DNA from: Candidatus Versatilivorator sp.
Lineage (GTDB): Bacteria > Acidobacteriota > Terriglobia > Versatilivoradales > Versatilivoraceae
Direction: 5' to 3'
Length of the DNA stretch: 64,000 nucleotides
Assembly (NCBI GenBank): GCA_965207735.1
Contig: OZ242296.1
Location: forward strand, 2,144,001-2,208,000
Every line of letters begins with the position of its first letter. Position 1 is the stretch's first letter. A model generated the notes under the pieces. That model ran no database searches and had not been told where the DNA came from. It worked only from the letters and a program-made list of their open reading frames with translations. Positions 12,301 to 19,031 of this stretch are shown here, piece after piece. The position numbers were made by a program, and so were the translations under genes.

Positions 12301-14917
12301 GCGGTGCGGCCGCCGAGGTGCCATGGAACGTCGCAAAGCCGGCGGCCGAGGTCGAGACCCCGTCGGCCGCGGTTAGGTCCGGCTTCTGCAACACCCGCCC
12401 GCCAGTGGACGAAAAATTCCCCGGCGTGATTGGCGTGCCGTCGGCCTCGAAGAATATCCGGCGCAGCCCGTCGGAGCTGAACGTCTCGACCGACTCCGTG
12501 CCGTTGAAGACGCCGCCCGTTCCGCCAGCATCCGCGACATCGACGGCGGCCACGCCGATGGCATCCTGCGAAGCGGAATGGCCGAAGGTGTGGCCGGCCG
12601 TCGTGATCGCCAACCCCTCTCGCGCGTAGGTGAGACGCAGAAAGCGGTCTGCAGCGCCCGCGTTCTTGACGATGACGATACGATCACCCACACGGTCAGG
12701 CGTGCACGGGCTTCCGATTCCCTCGATGGGATCCTGCGTTCCGTCCTGGGTATTGGTCGAACTGGCGACTACGATGCCATTCGCATCGACCAGGAAGAGG
12801 TCGTAATCGTTGACCGACCCACCGACCGGATCGGCCCATTGCAGAATGATGGGGAGGGTGCTGTCCGTCATGATCTCATTACCGACCACGCCGCCACCGA
12901 AGTCGTGGTAGGTGGCTCCAGAGCCCACGGCGCGTAGGTCCAGCGCCGGTCCGGCGGCGAAATCCCCCTCCCAGACGCTGGCCGTGCCGTCGTTCTTGTT
13001 GCCGCCGTTGCCGGCCGCCGAGAAGTAGTGACAACCGTTGGCGACCGCCGTGCTGATCGCCTGGGCGATGACACCGTCCTGAAAAGCCGGCGCCAGAAAA
13101 TAGATGAGATCGTCGACAATGACGTCGGCGCCAGCCGTGCAGAGGTCCTCGATGTTCTGCGCCATCTGCGCTTGCCCGCCCGTGCCGGTGGAGAAAAACA
13201 GCTCGGCGGCCGGCGCCAGATCGTGGACGATCTCGAGCATCGCCGACCCCTCCGTGCCTTTGCTCCTCCCACCGCAGGACAATGGAATAGAGCCCCCCTC
13301 CTGACCGGGCAGAACGGTGACTCGCGACGGTAGGTCGCCCGTCGCTTGCTGGTCACCGAGCATTTCAACACCGTCAGAGATCACGCCGATGCCGATGCCC
13401 ATGCCGTTTACGCTGTGAGTCTGGCGTGCTACATTCGCTCGGTGGGCAACGTCACCCTCAGTGGTATTGACCTTGCTTGCCGCAACTGCTGTCCTTGCGG
13501 TGCCTGACCGCTCCAGCACTTGGCTCGTGATCGGTCGTTCGGCAGGCCGAATGGACTGGACATCTTCGAGCGTGGCAAGCGGCTCCAGAGCATCAAGCGG
13601 TAGCCGTGCGCGGATGGCCCGATACTTGGGGACGCTGTTGACGACCGTGCCGCCCAAGGTTCGGATGCTCGCCAGAACGGCGGGCGTTACGTCGGCCTGG
13701 ATGTCCACCATCACCAGTCCTTGAGGAGCGCCCGCGTCCGTGGCGTCCGCGCGCGCTTCGGCCGAGGCCCGCTCAGGCGGCGTTATTCCGTCCTTCAGAA
13801 GCCGGGAGCTTACCTTCCGTTGCGCAGGTGTCCGCTGCGCTTTCTCGGCCAGCAGCGTCTCGATCTGACGCACGGCCCGCATCGGAAGTCCACCGCCGGC
13901 CCGGTCCTCACCTTCCCCGACCCGGTTGGTCACCGCCTGTTCCGTGAAACCGGAGGCGTGATTACCCGCTAGGTCTCGGATCGGCCGTGCTTCGGCTTCC
14001 GTATCGGCCGCGTAGCTCACCGTCACCGAATCGCCGGCTTCCACGGCTGAGGCCAGACCCAGCCTTACCGTGTTCCCTCCGACCACGGCCGAGGTGACAT
14101 ACCGAGTCTGACCCTCTACAGTCACCCTGAAATCATCCACCGCAGGAATTGCGGACCCGTCGAGTGCCTCGGCGAAGGTCAGCATCAGCGTGTCCTTGTT
14201 GATCGACGCTTCCCTGCCGGCATCCAGCGCGGGCCTGATCCCGTCCACCTTATGACTCTGATCGTCTCCCAGCCCTTCATGGTTCAGCACGGCGTCATTC
14301 CCCAATTCATCCCGAATTGACCCATCCTCGACCAACAGGCTGTTCGCATTGACGCTGATCCCGTCGGTGTCTTCATCCCCCTCCTCCACCCGGTAGACGA
14401 ACACCAGCTTCGAGGAGTCCGGTCCGCTTTCGTAGACGGCTTGCTTCGTATCCTCTCCAACGCGCAGTCCAAGGATTGGTGTTCCCGACACCGCTACCTG
14501 CTCGCTGAACTCTACGACTGCCGAAAGTAAATCGCCTATCCCGTAGGCGGGCCGCCCCCCCGGCAGAGTCGAAACAATTTCCACAGTGCGCAGGTACGGC
14601 ATCGCCTCGCCCGCGTGATCGTCCTTCCCGCTTCCGGCGACCCTAACAGTTTGCGTCTCGGTTCCGTCAGGTCTCTCCACGATCCGACGACCAGGCCTTG
14701 CATTTGATTTATCGTTCGGCTTCCGGTCACCCTGGTGCACTTCCAGGTTATGCCGCTCCGAAACTGCGATCTCAGGAGAGCGTTCGGTGTCCAGTCCCTG
14801 TCCACTGACCAGCAGAAGCGCACTCACTAATCCAAGGAGAGCGACCACCCAGTTGAGCCTTGCCAGCCGCAGGTGTTGCTGCATGACCTCTTGGATCCTC
14901 GCAGCTGGTGTCAACAC
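380..14917 (-). CDS. giant secreted/surface protein: S8 subtilase-like domain plus GLUG, cadherin-like, FN3, SwmB-like and other Ig-like repeats
   Basis: 4845-aa ORF, GTG start with AAGGAG RBS and an N-terminal hydrophobic segment. Protease motifs GVISDG / TEGSAMLEIVHD / SAAGN / FHGTSAAAPH; repeated VGGLVG (GLUG); DFEAP/DYERP cadherin motifs; W..P..G...I..Y FN3 motifs. Confidence 0.92.
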   Translation of the reverse strand: MLTPAARIQEVMQQHLRLARLNWVVALLGLVSALLLVSGQGLDTERSPEIAVSERHNLEVHQGDRKPNDKSNARPGRRIVERPDGTETQTVRVAGSGKDDHAGEAMPYLRTVEIVSTLPGGRPAYGIGDLLSAVVEFSEQVAVSGTPILGLRVGEDTKQAVYESGPDSSKLVFVYRVEEGDEDTDGISVNANSLLVEDGSIRDELGNDAVLNHEGLGDDQSHKVDGIRPALDAGREASINKDTLMLTFAEALDGSAIPAVDDFRVTVEGQTRYVTSAVVGGNTVRLGLASAVEAGDSVTVSYAADTEAEARPIRDLAGNHASGFTEQAVTNRVGEGEDRAGGGLPMRAVRQIETLLAEKAQRTPAQRKVSSRLLKDGITPPERASAEARADATDAGAPQGLVMVDIQADVTPAVLASIRTLGGTVVNSVPKYRAIRARLPLDALEPLATLEDVQSIRPAERPITSQVLERSGTARTAVAASKVNTTEGDVAHRANVARQTHSVNGMGIGIGVISDGVEMLGDQQATGDLPSRVTVLPGQEGGSIPLSCGGRSKGTEGSAMLEIVHDLAPAAELFFSTGTGGQAQMAQNIEDLCTAGADVIVDDLIYFLAPAFQDGVIAQAISTAVANGCHYFSAAGNGGNKNDGTASVWEGDFAAGPALDLRAVGSGATYHDFGGGVVGNEIMTDSTLPIILQWADPVGGSVNDYDLFLVDANGIVVASSTNTQDGTQDPIEGIGSPCTPDRVGDRIVIVKNAGAADRFLRLTYAREGLAITTAGHTFGHSASQDAIGVAAVDVADAGGTGGVFNGTESVETFSSDGLRRIFFEADGTPITPGNFSSTGGRVLQKPDLTAADGVSTSAAGFATFHGTSAAAPHAAGIAALVLEAAGGPANVTQDELRTAMTGAALDIEATGVDRDSGAGIVMASGAVDELDVAVSDRNGAPTVANAPANRTLTPGGGVVEIGLAGVFSDPDNDMLTYTVWSSDAERLSVGALTGTAFTLTPLSPGLMEVTVVATDPEGLSAVLTIGVAVQVGTRDYDPDDDGLIDVATLAQLDAVRYDLNGDGLADEPANWSQYHAAFVEGTAGMGCPDGCIGYELTTNLDFDTDGDGDVDSNDAYWNDGDGWTPVGSAFNPFTATFDGNGHSVSNLFIEFIDSSSFFPAGLFGRIQDGVVRAIGLADVSVTGGSYVGGLVGYSSDGEISHSSVTGSVSGDDYVGGLVGRSGVFFYNDESHSAITASYSTAEVSGRDDVGGLVGLSVNTSEVTASYATGHVKGTESVGGLVGRSDGPVTASYATGHIEGGDEVGGLVGWATVTSTITASYATSLVWGDESVGGLVGRDTRTASEKLSASYWDTRTSGHAIGTGGRTTVELQASTDYSGIYQTWNLDLDGDTETDAPWDFGTSAQYPAVVADLDGNGEATWQEFGYQLRAGPALTAATSVGQGVTLTWTAVDTSPWNPVPAVAYTLIRDDGTTVEILATNLTGLQYTDSAVTAGSTYTYQVSALVYGGAATRSALVEVVAGVANQPPRVVVGTLPDRLLKVGTAEVVAVAGAFSDLDDTLTYAASSSDVDVATVSVSDSQVTITPVATGRTTITVTATESSSTNLSVSQRFRVTVWTGTGVDYDADNDGLIDIFTLAQLDAIRHDPNGDGIPDQSGMATYAMAFPLAATGMGCPSSGGCTGYELETDLDFDTNGDGSVDAGDEYRNGGLGWDPIGRVGYPLNATFEGNGRTIRNLFSRYFSAGLFGGNGGVIRRVGLIDVDVSGGTTVGGLVSQNRGEIHSSYVTGRVSGRGSSVGGLAGNSWDSGTITTSYSTAEVTGEDGLIGGLVGVNSGAVRASYATGPVSGGDEVGGLIGLHCGSLTAGYATGTVSGGSHVGGLIGSTDGCSAAAVTASYWDTVTSGLSSSAAGAGQTTSALQAPMDSSGLYENWNDSSWDFGTSSQYPALKVNFDKQASATWQEFGYQLRAGPTLTATSMETTPGSAQVALTWIAVETSHWDPAPDVTYTVTRTDGATVETLAEDLGELLYTNSAARAGATYTYRVAALIDGGEAIRSVLVVSTPGNSPPVAIGTLPDRWLHVGDAAGVELGEAFEDPETDALTYAVASSATSVATVSLSGTRVTLTPVAAGTATITVTATDAGGSTGSGTHTFTVTVLASSAIDYDTDDDGLIEITNLQQLEAVLNDLDGDGDPGRDSFRLYRSAFPGVDSRQGCGGLTDCVGYELKADLDFDTNGNGVADKDDAHWNRGLGWSGIGGYSNPFQAVFEGNGHTISNLFVDSFFTKGLFGVTGPSSVIRHVGLIGVAVSGTNYVGGLAGLNSGSVIASYVTGTVSGTGAEVGGLVGDNRGSVVASYAAVEVTGGDDVGGLVGANHGTVTASYATGRAAGDVNVGGLVGSNSGTVTAGYATGPVSGKSDVGGLAGSNSGTVTASYWDTTTSGLATGAEGQGQNNAALQTPSGYSGIYSQWNVDLDGDGTNEDYWHFGTSGQYPVLKVNFDGQGSASWPEFGHQLREGPTLQAAAGATGVTLTWTAVDTSHWNPAPSVTYTLYRDDGTTLENIAENLTGLTYTDSDVTAGETYIYQVAALVSGGVATRSAPVSVDVGMAPLTVTLELTPNAISENGASATVTARLNRASSEETTITVSAAALAPAVAADFTLSANKTLTITEGETVSTGTVTITAHNNNVDTPDKSVRVSGTSGNSEGVIGPSAVMLTIRDDDAVPELSLSVDPEEIEEAGGTATVKVEVTNRVTFAQNQTITLTLEGTADKNTDYRVGSETLTLEAKHSEITTDVTAIDDKIDDDAETVLVTAKHGSRRVGTAKTIRITDDDEAPVITTDDLIFVAENETAVVTLTATDGDDRVEDLTWAITGGADRDKFILTADGELTFAEAKDFEEPDDDNRDGGYEVTVQVSDGANPVEAALTVRLRDVDDTAPTVSKVEITSNPGTDRTYAADDEIQVTVTFSETVEVTGTPQLSLELGGGSRTATYEGGSGTAALVFAYEVADRESDTDGVGVEADSLSGGTIEDTSDNPAELDHDGLAADSNHKVDGVKPELATAGGAVVDGTTLTLTYDEPLDGSSTPASGDFTVSGGDQMRTVSRVLVSGSTVVLTLDTGAEHLEAGIQVSYTPGTNKIRDVPGNEAEALSREAVTNETPDTTAPEVNSLAISSNPGADQTYAMEDEIEVTVTFNETVKVTGTPQLSLRVGSRNRPAGYDRGTDTEALVFAYEVADGDEDTAGVSVRANQLRLNGGTIKDEAENAAELAHEAVAADLGHQVDGVRPAFVSAAVDGASLTLTYREALDGGSRPASGDFAVTVDGSTRTVSGVSINGSVVTLTLNPAVEHGDTEIRVSYTGGTNPIQDEVGNDAAGLSNRSVTNTTGAPNTDPEITSPSSFDVPENQTAARRLAARDTDPGDEVTGWAITGGADQSEFSLASDTGELSFRAPPDFEAPGDNEYEVTVEATSGTGARELTVEKTFTITVTDEREPPGVPDAPTFSGETADSLTVNWSEPDNTGPPITDYDLQYREAGQGRFSDAGHEGPGLTATLSSLKPGTDYEVQVSATNDEGIGGWSPLGEGMTIALLTLEMETMEESPVSGEFGMRLSFSEEVTGFSTSDVDSRQDPACVDDQNNTVNCNPQIIGLQTGDNRVFTARVAPWTDRVAHSYQLSLHVLADTVASAASGQGNEEGILRVRVSPPGSPEPISTLSLGANGANGSVRLRWTRPSDNGGSPIIRYEYRYAATGEAWSEWENVGAGSSGVTVGGLINGREYVIEARAVNALGKGGVETAMATPVAGGGNGSGGGGGGGGGGGGGGLLFAPETPAVLTATPGDGAVRLAWSPPESDGGAEILRYEYRLKEGLGEFGEWTPIPDSAPGEVNASGYTLMGLLNGTVYVFELRGVNQIGNGRETEAVEAVMPLDPAYRSNFRAEDLEGGEVGLEWTPFGGSRRSLKVRFGGGLRFEERELDAAGEVTATRMGSYRYRYTSRTTGELSLDYDGGETCELRMSFGGVGEGSYSYRCGGGLQGQGSFRLSELNRVPEITSPGQFEVVENQRKVVRLEAVDSDEGDEVAGYGIAGGADGALFRVVEQTGELSFTEAPDYERPADAAGTDPASGAGDNEYVVVVEARSGEGERERRRQRAIRVRVTDEEEPPGAVAAPEVRAEGTDSLKVSWSEPENRGPEITGYEVRYREEGEEGYRDGGHEGTGLMLTLTGLEEERLYRVEVRAVNEEGRGEWSQPGEGRTGGEEPDSDDPSDFTGEDLEGRRLRLRLTGGEEPAGSLELRFGEDNRFEQMESGGEQTATRTEGASRTGAYTYERTGPRKGRLGLDYDDGSSCEVSLTFTELGEGRFVYDCGEGEVAEGSFRLTTGSPFVPVILSSAGRNNSFFTSELTLTNRGMEEATLHYIYTADAGGGSGTATDRLDAGRQKIEIDALDYLRGLGVPIPATGNRIGTLRVEVAVKSEVEAVVRTTTLVPEGRAGLAYLGVAEEEGFDEPVYLCGLRQNSQDRSNVAFQNMGTSEEGAITLKTTVYSGEASDTSPRELDDVTLEPGGFHQYSGLLGSVENGYVKVERVEGEAPFYAYGVINDQENSDGSFIFPVTASSLEGKVAQALPVIVETRDFTSELTVTNFSEEPRRLDLEFVSEQIKGDDKGVEFSMVLEGGEQQIVPELVEELRLEGMAGLGTSRGFYLGPLFVTAEEGDLSGIVIGARTGSKGGGGQYSVFYVAVPFGEAFSREAWVNGLQQNEENRSNLALVNTGEVDGSPSVFHLEIYNGETGMLADTVVTKAIPARGWHQINGILGRASAETRQGYIRIEKVSGENPFLAYGVVNDGGAPGERSGDGAYVPARE

Positions 14918-15197
14918 CGGTTCTCCTTTCCCGAGCTTGCTTGAGAATGGGTCAAGAGCTCAACAACCAGAACCCGGCAGTGCACTTCACAGCGACACGG
15001 GGATGGCCACCTGCGCGCTTCGGACAATTTGAATCACTGGATTGCATTCGGCTTTCAGGAACCAGTCCTGCGGCCAGTGGCGCAGAGCGACGGCGGCAAC
15101 TGCAGCAATAAAAACCACAATTCCTAGCAGGCGTTTGAGAACCGGAAACCGAATGGTTGCTGCAGAAACAATCTCGCCTGGAACCCAACCTCCTCGG

Positions 15198-15803
15198 TTA
15201 TTCCAACTCGGCTATCAACAGCACCAACCGCACCAGGTCCGCCTGCCGCGAGATGTGAAGCTTCTGGTAGATCCGCTTCAAGTGCCAATAGACAGCTCCT
15301 TTCGTGTTTCCCGCAGCCTCGGCCATTTCCTGCACGGTCTTGCCTTCCGCCAACCAGGCCGCCACCCGACCCTCCCCCCGCGTCAGCCCCAGAGCCGCCG
15401 CCACCATGCCGGGATCGACACGGTGCGGGCTTTTCGGATCGACAATCAGGACCAGCGCGGCCACGCACCACCCCTGGCAATCCGGTTGCGGGAACCCCGC
15501 GGGTTTGACCTGCACCACCAGCGGCGGCAAACCGGACCCGCGGCGTAGCCGCATCCATCCGCCAACCCCGGAGGCCGCCGCCGCGCCGGCCACCAGACGC
15601 TCGAGACCGAGATGATCCTCAGGGCCGGCCGCTCGCAGCACCCCGTCCCGGTCCGACAACACATCGTCCCGCCGGAAAATGGCGCGGGCGCCGGCATTGA
15701 CCGCCACGATCCGCCCTCGCCGGTCCAGGTGAACGACGCCTATCCATCGACTGTCGAGCAGGCTGGCCGCCGTCATGGCGCATGTTCCCGCGGGGAGCGC
15801 CAT
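15198..15803 (-). CDS. PAS-like plus LuxR-type HTH transcriptional regulator (probably N-terminally truncated)
   Basis: IGVVHLDRRGRIVAVN (PAS-like) and LGLTRGEGRVAAWLAEGKTVQEMAEAAGNTKGAVYWHLKRIYQKLHISRQADLVR (LuxR HTH). Confidence 0.8.
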   Translation of the reverse strand: MALPAGTCAMTAASLLDSRWIGVVHLDRRGRIVAVNAGARAIFRRDDVLSDRDGVLRAAGPEDHLGLERLVAGAAAASGVGGWMRLRRGSGLPPLVVQVKPAGFPQPDCQGWCVAALVLIVDPKSPHRVDPGMVAAALGLTRGEGRVAAWLAEGKTVQEMAEAAGNTKGAVYWHLKRIYQKLHISRQADLVRLVLLIAELE

Positions 15804-16011
15804 GGCGTGTCACAAACTTCATCGGCCTTGTAACTCGCCGCGCCAAGCGTCACCGCTCGGATTGAAGTTGAACGTCCCGCGCTCCAGAGGCTGCAGGCCG
15901 GTGCTGATTTCAGCCGCGCCAAGGGTGCCTGGAAGCAATGAGCCTACAGTTTGCAAGAAAATATATGAGAAAGGTGTGATATATTAGTTGAAATAGTGAG
16001 TTTTTAGTGAT

Positions 16012-18024
16012 GTGGTCCCGGACCTGAGCCCGCCGCAAACAATTCCGCACCGGGGCGCACCGATGGCGCCGCGCCTTTCCGGACCGAATCCCGGCCGGCA
16101 GGGAGGCTCAGCAGGGGGTAGACCGTTGAACCGCCAAGAGGAACCGGGGCGGAAGATCGAGGCACTGGAAGGCGCCTGCGTGCCGAACGGCGGCGAGCGC
16201 CTGCGTGCCGAACTCGAGACCCTGGTCGACACTGCGCCTGTGGGTGTGGTGGTTTTCGATGCCGGAACCGGCAACTTGCTCTGGGTTAACCGCGAAGCCA
16301 AGCGCTTGGTCGAAGGGCTGCGCATGGCCGCCCGCACGTCCGAGCAAATGCTCGAGGTGTTCACTGTCCGGCGCGCCGACGGACGCGAGATCGACTTGGC
16401 CGAATCCCCGCTGTCAAGCCAGCTGAGCACCGGCGAGACGGTCCGCTCCGAGGAGATCGTGGTCTCGGCCCCCGACGGACGCAAGGCCACCCTGCTGGTC
16501 AACGCGACGCCGGTCCGATCCGCCGAGGGGAAGGTCGCCTCAGTGGTCGTCACCATGCAGGACCTCGCACCGATTCAAGAGCTGGAACGCCTGCGGGCCG
16601 AGTTTCTGAGCATGGTCAGCCACGAGCTGCGCGCGCCGCTTACCTCTATCAAGGGCTCGGTCGCCACGCTGCTGGAGACTTTCTCGGACCTGGACCCGGC
16701 TGAGATGCGCGAGTTCTTCCGCATCATCGCCGATCAGGCCGATCACATGCGCGGTCTCATTAGCGATCTGCTCGATGCGGGACGCATCGACTCGGGAACG
16801 CTGTCAGTGTCTCCGGAGCCCTCGGATCTGGCCTTTCTGGTGGACCGGGCGAGGAATACGTTTCTCAGCGGCGGCGGGCGGCACGCCGTCCTGGTCGACC
16901 TTCCGCCGGAACTGCCCGGGGTGATGGCCGACCGGCGCCGCATCGTGCAGGTGTTGAACAACCTTTTCTCCAACGCCGCCAGGCATTCCCCCGAGTCCTC
17001 GCCCATCCGGGTTGCCGCGGTGCGCGACGGTGTGCACGTCTCGGTATCGGTTTCTGACCAAGGCAGGGGTGTGCCGCCGGAGCGGCTGCCGAAGCTGTTT
17101 CAGAAGTACACCGGCGCCGGAGCGAAAGACGGCAAGCGCGGGCTTGCGGCAACGGGCCTGGGCCTGGCCATCTGCAAAGGGCTGGTGGAAGCTCACGGAG
17201 GCCGGATCCGAGCCGAGAGCGGCGATTTCGGGAAAGGCACCCGGTTCACTTTCACCGTCCCGGTGGCCGAGGAGGCGGGCGCCGGCCGCCCTTCTGCTCC
17301 CAGCCGCCCGGGTCCGCGCCTACACACCTCCGAACAGGCGCCGGTCCTCGTCGTCGACGACGACCCCCAGACTCTTCGCTACGTGCGCGACGCCTTGACC
17401 ACTGCAGGCTACGCGCCAATCGTAACCGGCGACCCCCGCCAGCTGTCCGAGATCATCAAGAAGGAGAAACCGCGACTGGTCGTACTCGACCTGATGCTGC
17501 CCGAGACCGATGGCATCGAGTTGATGCAACGCATCCCCGAGTTGGCCGACCTGCCGGTCATCTTCATCTCCGCATACCGCCGGGACGAAACCATCGCCAG
17601 AGCTCTTGAGGCCGGTGCGGCCGACTATATCGTCAAGCCCTTCTCGACAACCGAGCTGACAGCGCGCATCCAAGCGACGCTGCGGCGGCGGGCCGAGCCC
17701 AATCCCTTCGTGCTCGGCGCTCTGGCCATCCGCTACGAACAGCGCCAGGTCAGCCTGGACGGCCGCCCGATCGAGCTTACGGTAAGCGAGTACAAGCTGC
17801 TGCGGGTGCTCTCGCTCAACGCCGGCCGCGTATTGACCTACCAATCCCTGCTGCGCCAGGTTTCGGGCAAGCGCGATGCCCCCTCTGCCAAGGCCGCCCT
17901 GCGAGCTCTGGTCAGGAACCTCCGCCGCAAGCTCGGCGATGACGCCGGCGACCCGATCTATGTCTTTAACGAGCGCGGCGTCGGCTACCGCATGCTCAAC
18001 CCCAACGAACCGGGACGACCCTGA
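16012..18024 (+). CDS. hybrid PAS-histidine kinase-receiver-OmpR winged-helix protein (true start may be TTG 16126)
   Basis: H-box SHELRAPLTSIKG, N-box QVLNNLFSNAARH, G-boxes DQGRGV and GLGLAICK, receiver VVDDD...DLMLP...KPF, C-terminal LRRKLGDD...ERGVGY. Confidence 0.9.
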   Translation: MVPDLSPPQTIPHRGAPMAPRLSGPNPGRQGGSAGGRPLNRQEEPGRKIEALEGACVPNGGERLRAELETLVDTAPVGVVVFDAGTGNLLWVNREAKRLVEGLRMAARTSEQMLEVFTVRRADGREIDLAESPLSSQLSTGETVRSEEIVVSAPDGRKATLLVNATPVRSAEGKVASVVVTMQDLAPIQELERLRAEFLSMVSHELRAPLTSIKGSVATLLETFSDLDPAEMREFFRIIADQADHMRGLISDLLDAGRIDSGTLSVSPEPSDLAFLVDRARNTFLSGGGRHAVLVDLPPELPGVMADRRRIVQVLNNLFSNAARHSPESSPIRVAAVRDGVHVSVSVSDQGRGVPPERLPKLFQKYTGAGAKDGKRGLAATGLGLAICKGLVEAHGGRIRAESGDFGKGTRFTFTVPVAEEAGAGRPSAPSRPGPRLHTSEQAPVLVVDDDPQTLRYVRDALTTAGYAPIVTGDPRQLSEIIKKEKPRLVVLDLMLPETDGIELMQRIPELADLPVIFISAYRRDETIARALEAGAADYIVKPFSTTELTARIQATLRRRAEPNPFVLGALAIRYEQRQVSLDGRPIELTVSEYKLLRVLSLNAGRVLTYQSLLRQVSGKRDAPSAKAALRALVRNLRRKLGDDAGDPIYVFNERGVGYRMLNPNEPGRP

Positions 18025-18221
18025 GGGGCCCCTTCCCCTGACCCAAGCCACGCGTGTGAAGATCGGTCCAGGGAAGGGAGCCCCACGGCAGGCGTCGTGG
18101 CGGGGTGTGCCGTGACCAACTGCAGAGAGGGATTGAAGGCCGGTCGATCGGGGGAATAGGGAAGGAATATAGAGCTACATAAATAAGGACATAACGTTTC
18201 ATTGTTCCCATGAAGCAGACG

Positions 18222-18440
18222 GCATGCCCGCTCCAGGTCTTCGTGCCGCTGTCCCCGGAGGTAGAACCCGACGGTGAGTACCCTGATGCCGTCCTTCGGG
18301 CCTTCGCTGACCGCCAGGCAATTGCCCGTCAGGCCGCAGGCCTCGTCGATCAGGGCCGAGGTCCCCGGCCAGTGGGTATCGTCGAGCATGGCGTCGGACA
18401 ACGACACCAGGATCCGCAGGTACGCATCTTGGTCGCTCAT
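18222..18440 (-). pseudogene. orphan N-terminal fragment of a LuxR-type regulator family
   Basis: AAGGA RBS, then MSDQDAYLRILVSLSDAMLDDTHWPGTSALIDEACG...RGQRHEDLER, after which the sequence becomes AT-rich and non-protein-like. Resembles N-termini of PAS-LuxR regulators (recognition, not search). Confidence 0.55.
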
Positions 18441-18732
18441 GAGGATTCCTTCTTTACTAATGAGAACTGACGCCACCGAGTCGAGCCGGGTTGTGTTGTG
18501 ACTCCGACCGGCACCGGTGGGTAACTCCGACAGATCCTGAAGAAGGCAATCCGGCCGGCGGTCTTCAAGTGGCCGCAACCGGGGGCGGGAAAACGCAGCA
18601 CAGGGCCAGTGTGAGCGTTCCATTGGCGCGGGTCCGGCTTGCAAGACGTGATCAGGCTGGGTAGGGCTCATCCGTTCCTTCACCAAGACCTCCGATGCCG
18701 TCCCCGGGCGAGCCAGGGCAACCCAAGAGGTA

Positions 18733-18770
18733 AGCGCCCTGGCGGCGGGTCGACCCGCTGCCAGGGCGCT
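18733..18770 (-). terminator. near-perfect GC hairpin just after the stop of the 18777-19031 gene
   Basis: AGCGCCCTGGCGGCGGG-TCGA-CCCGCTGCCAGGGCGCT. Confidence 0.5.
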
Positions 18771-18776
18771 GCGGTT

Positions 18777-19031
18777 TCACGCAGCCTGTCCGGATTCGTC
18801 TTCACTCTGCTGCAGCTCGAAGATGCGTGAGTGAGCCTGATCGGCGACCTTGGCCAGAACCAGCAGGTCGTTGCGCCCGAAGCTCTGCGTCGTTTTCCAC
18901 TGACCCTCCGCATCGCGGTAGATCTGGGAGAAGGTGACGCTGTAGCGCGTCTTGCCTGCAACCTCGTTCTGCCAAATCGCTGCCTTGACAGTACCGATCC
19001 GAACTTCGTCGGGGGGTTCTTGGTTAGCCAT
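18777..19031 (-). CDS. small mobile-element protein, putative ssDNA-binding (PC4/SSB-like)
   Basis: AGGAGG RBS; IGTVKAAIW.N...YSVTFSQIYRD..GQWKTTQSF...DLL pattern with an acidic tail. Confidence 0.7.
   Translation of the reverse strand: MANQEPPDEVRIGTVKAAIWQNEVAGKTRYSVTFSQIYRDAEGQWKTTQSFGRNDLLVLAKVADQAHSRIFELQQSEDESGQAA

Noticed and set aside
380-14917. Diversity-generating retroelement acting on the giant gene
   Set aside because: There is no reverse transcriptase, and no repeat pair differing only at adenines was noticed; the internal repeats differ at all bases.
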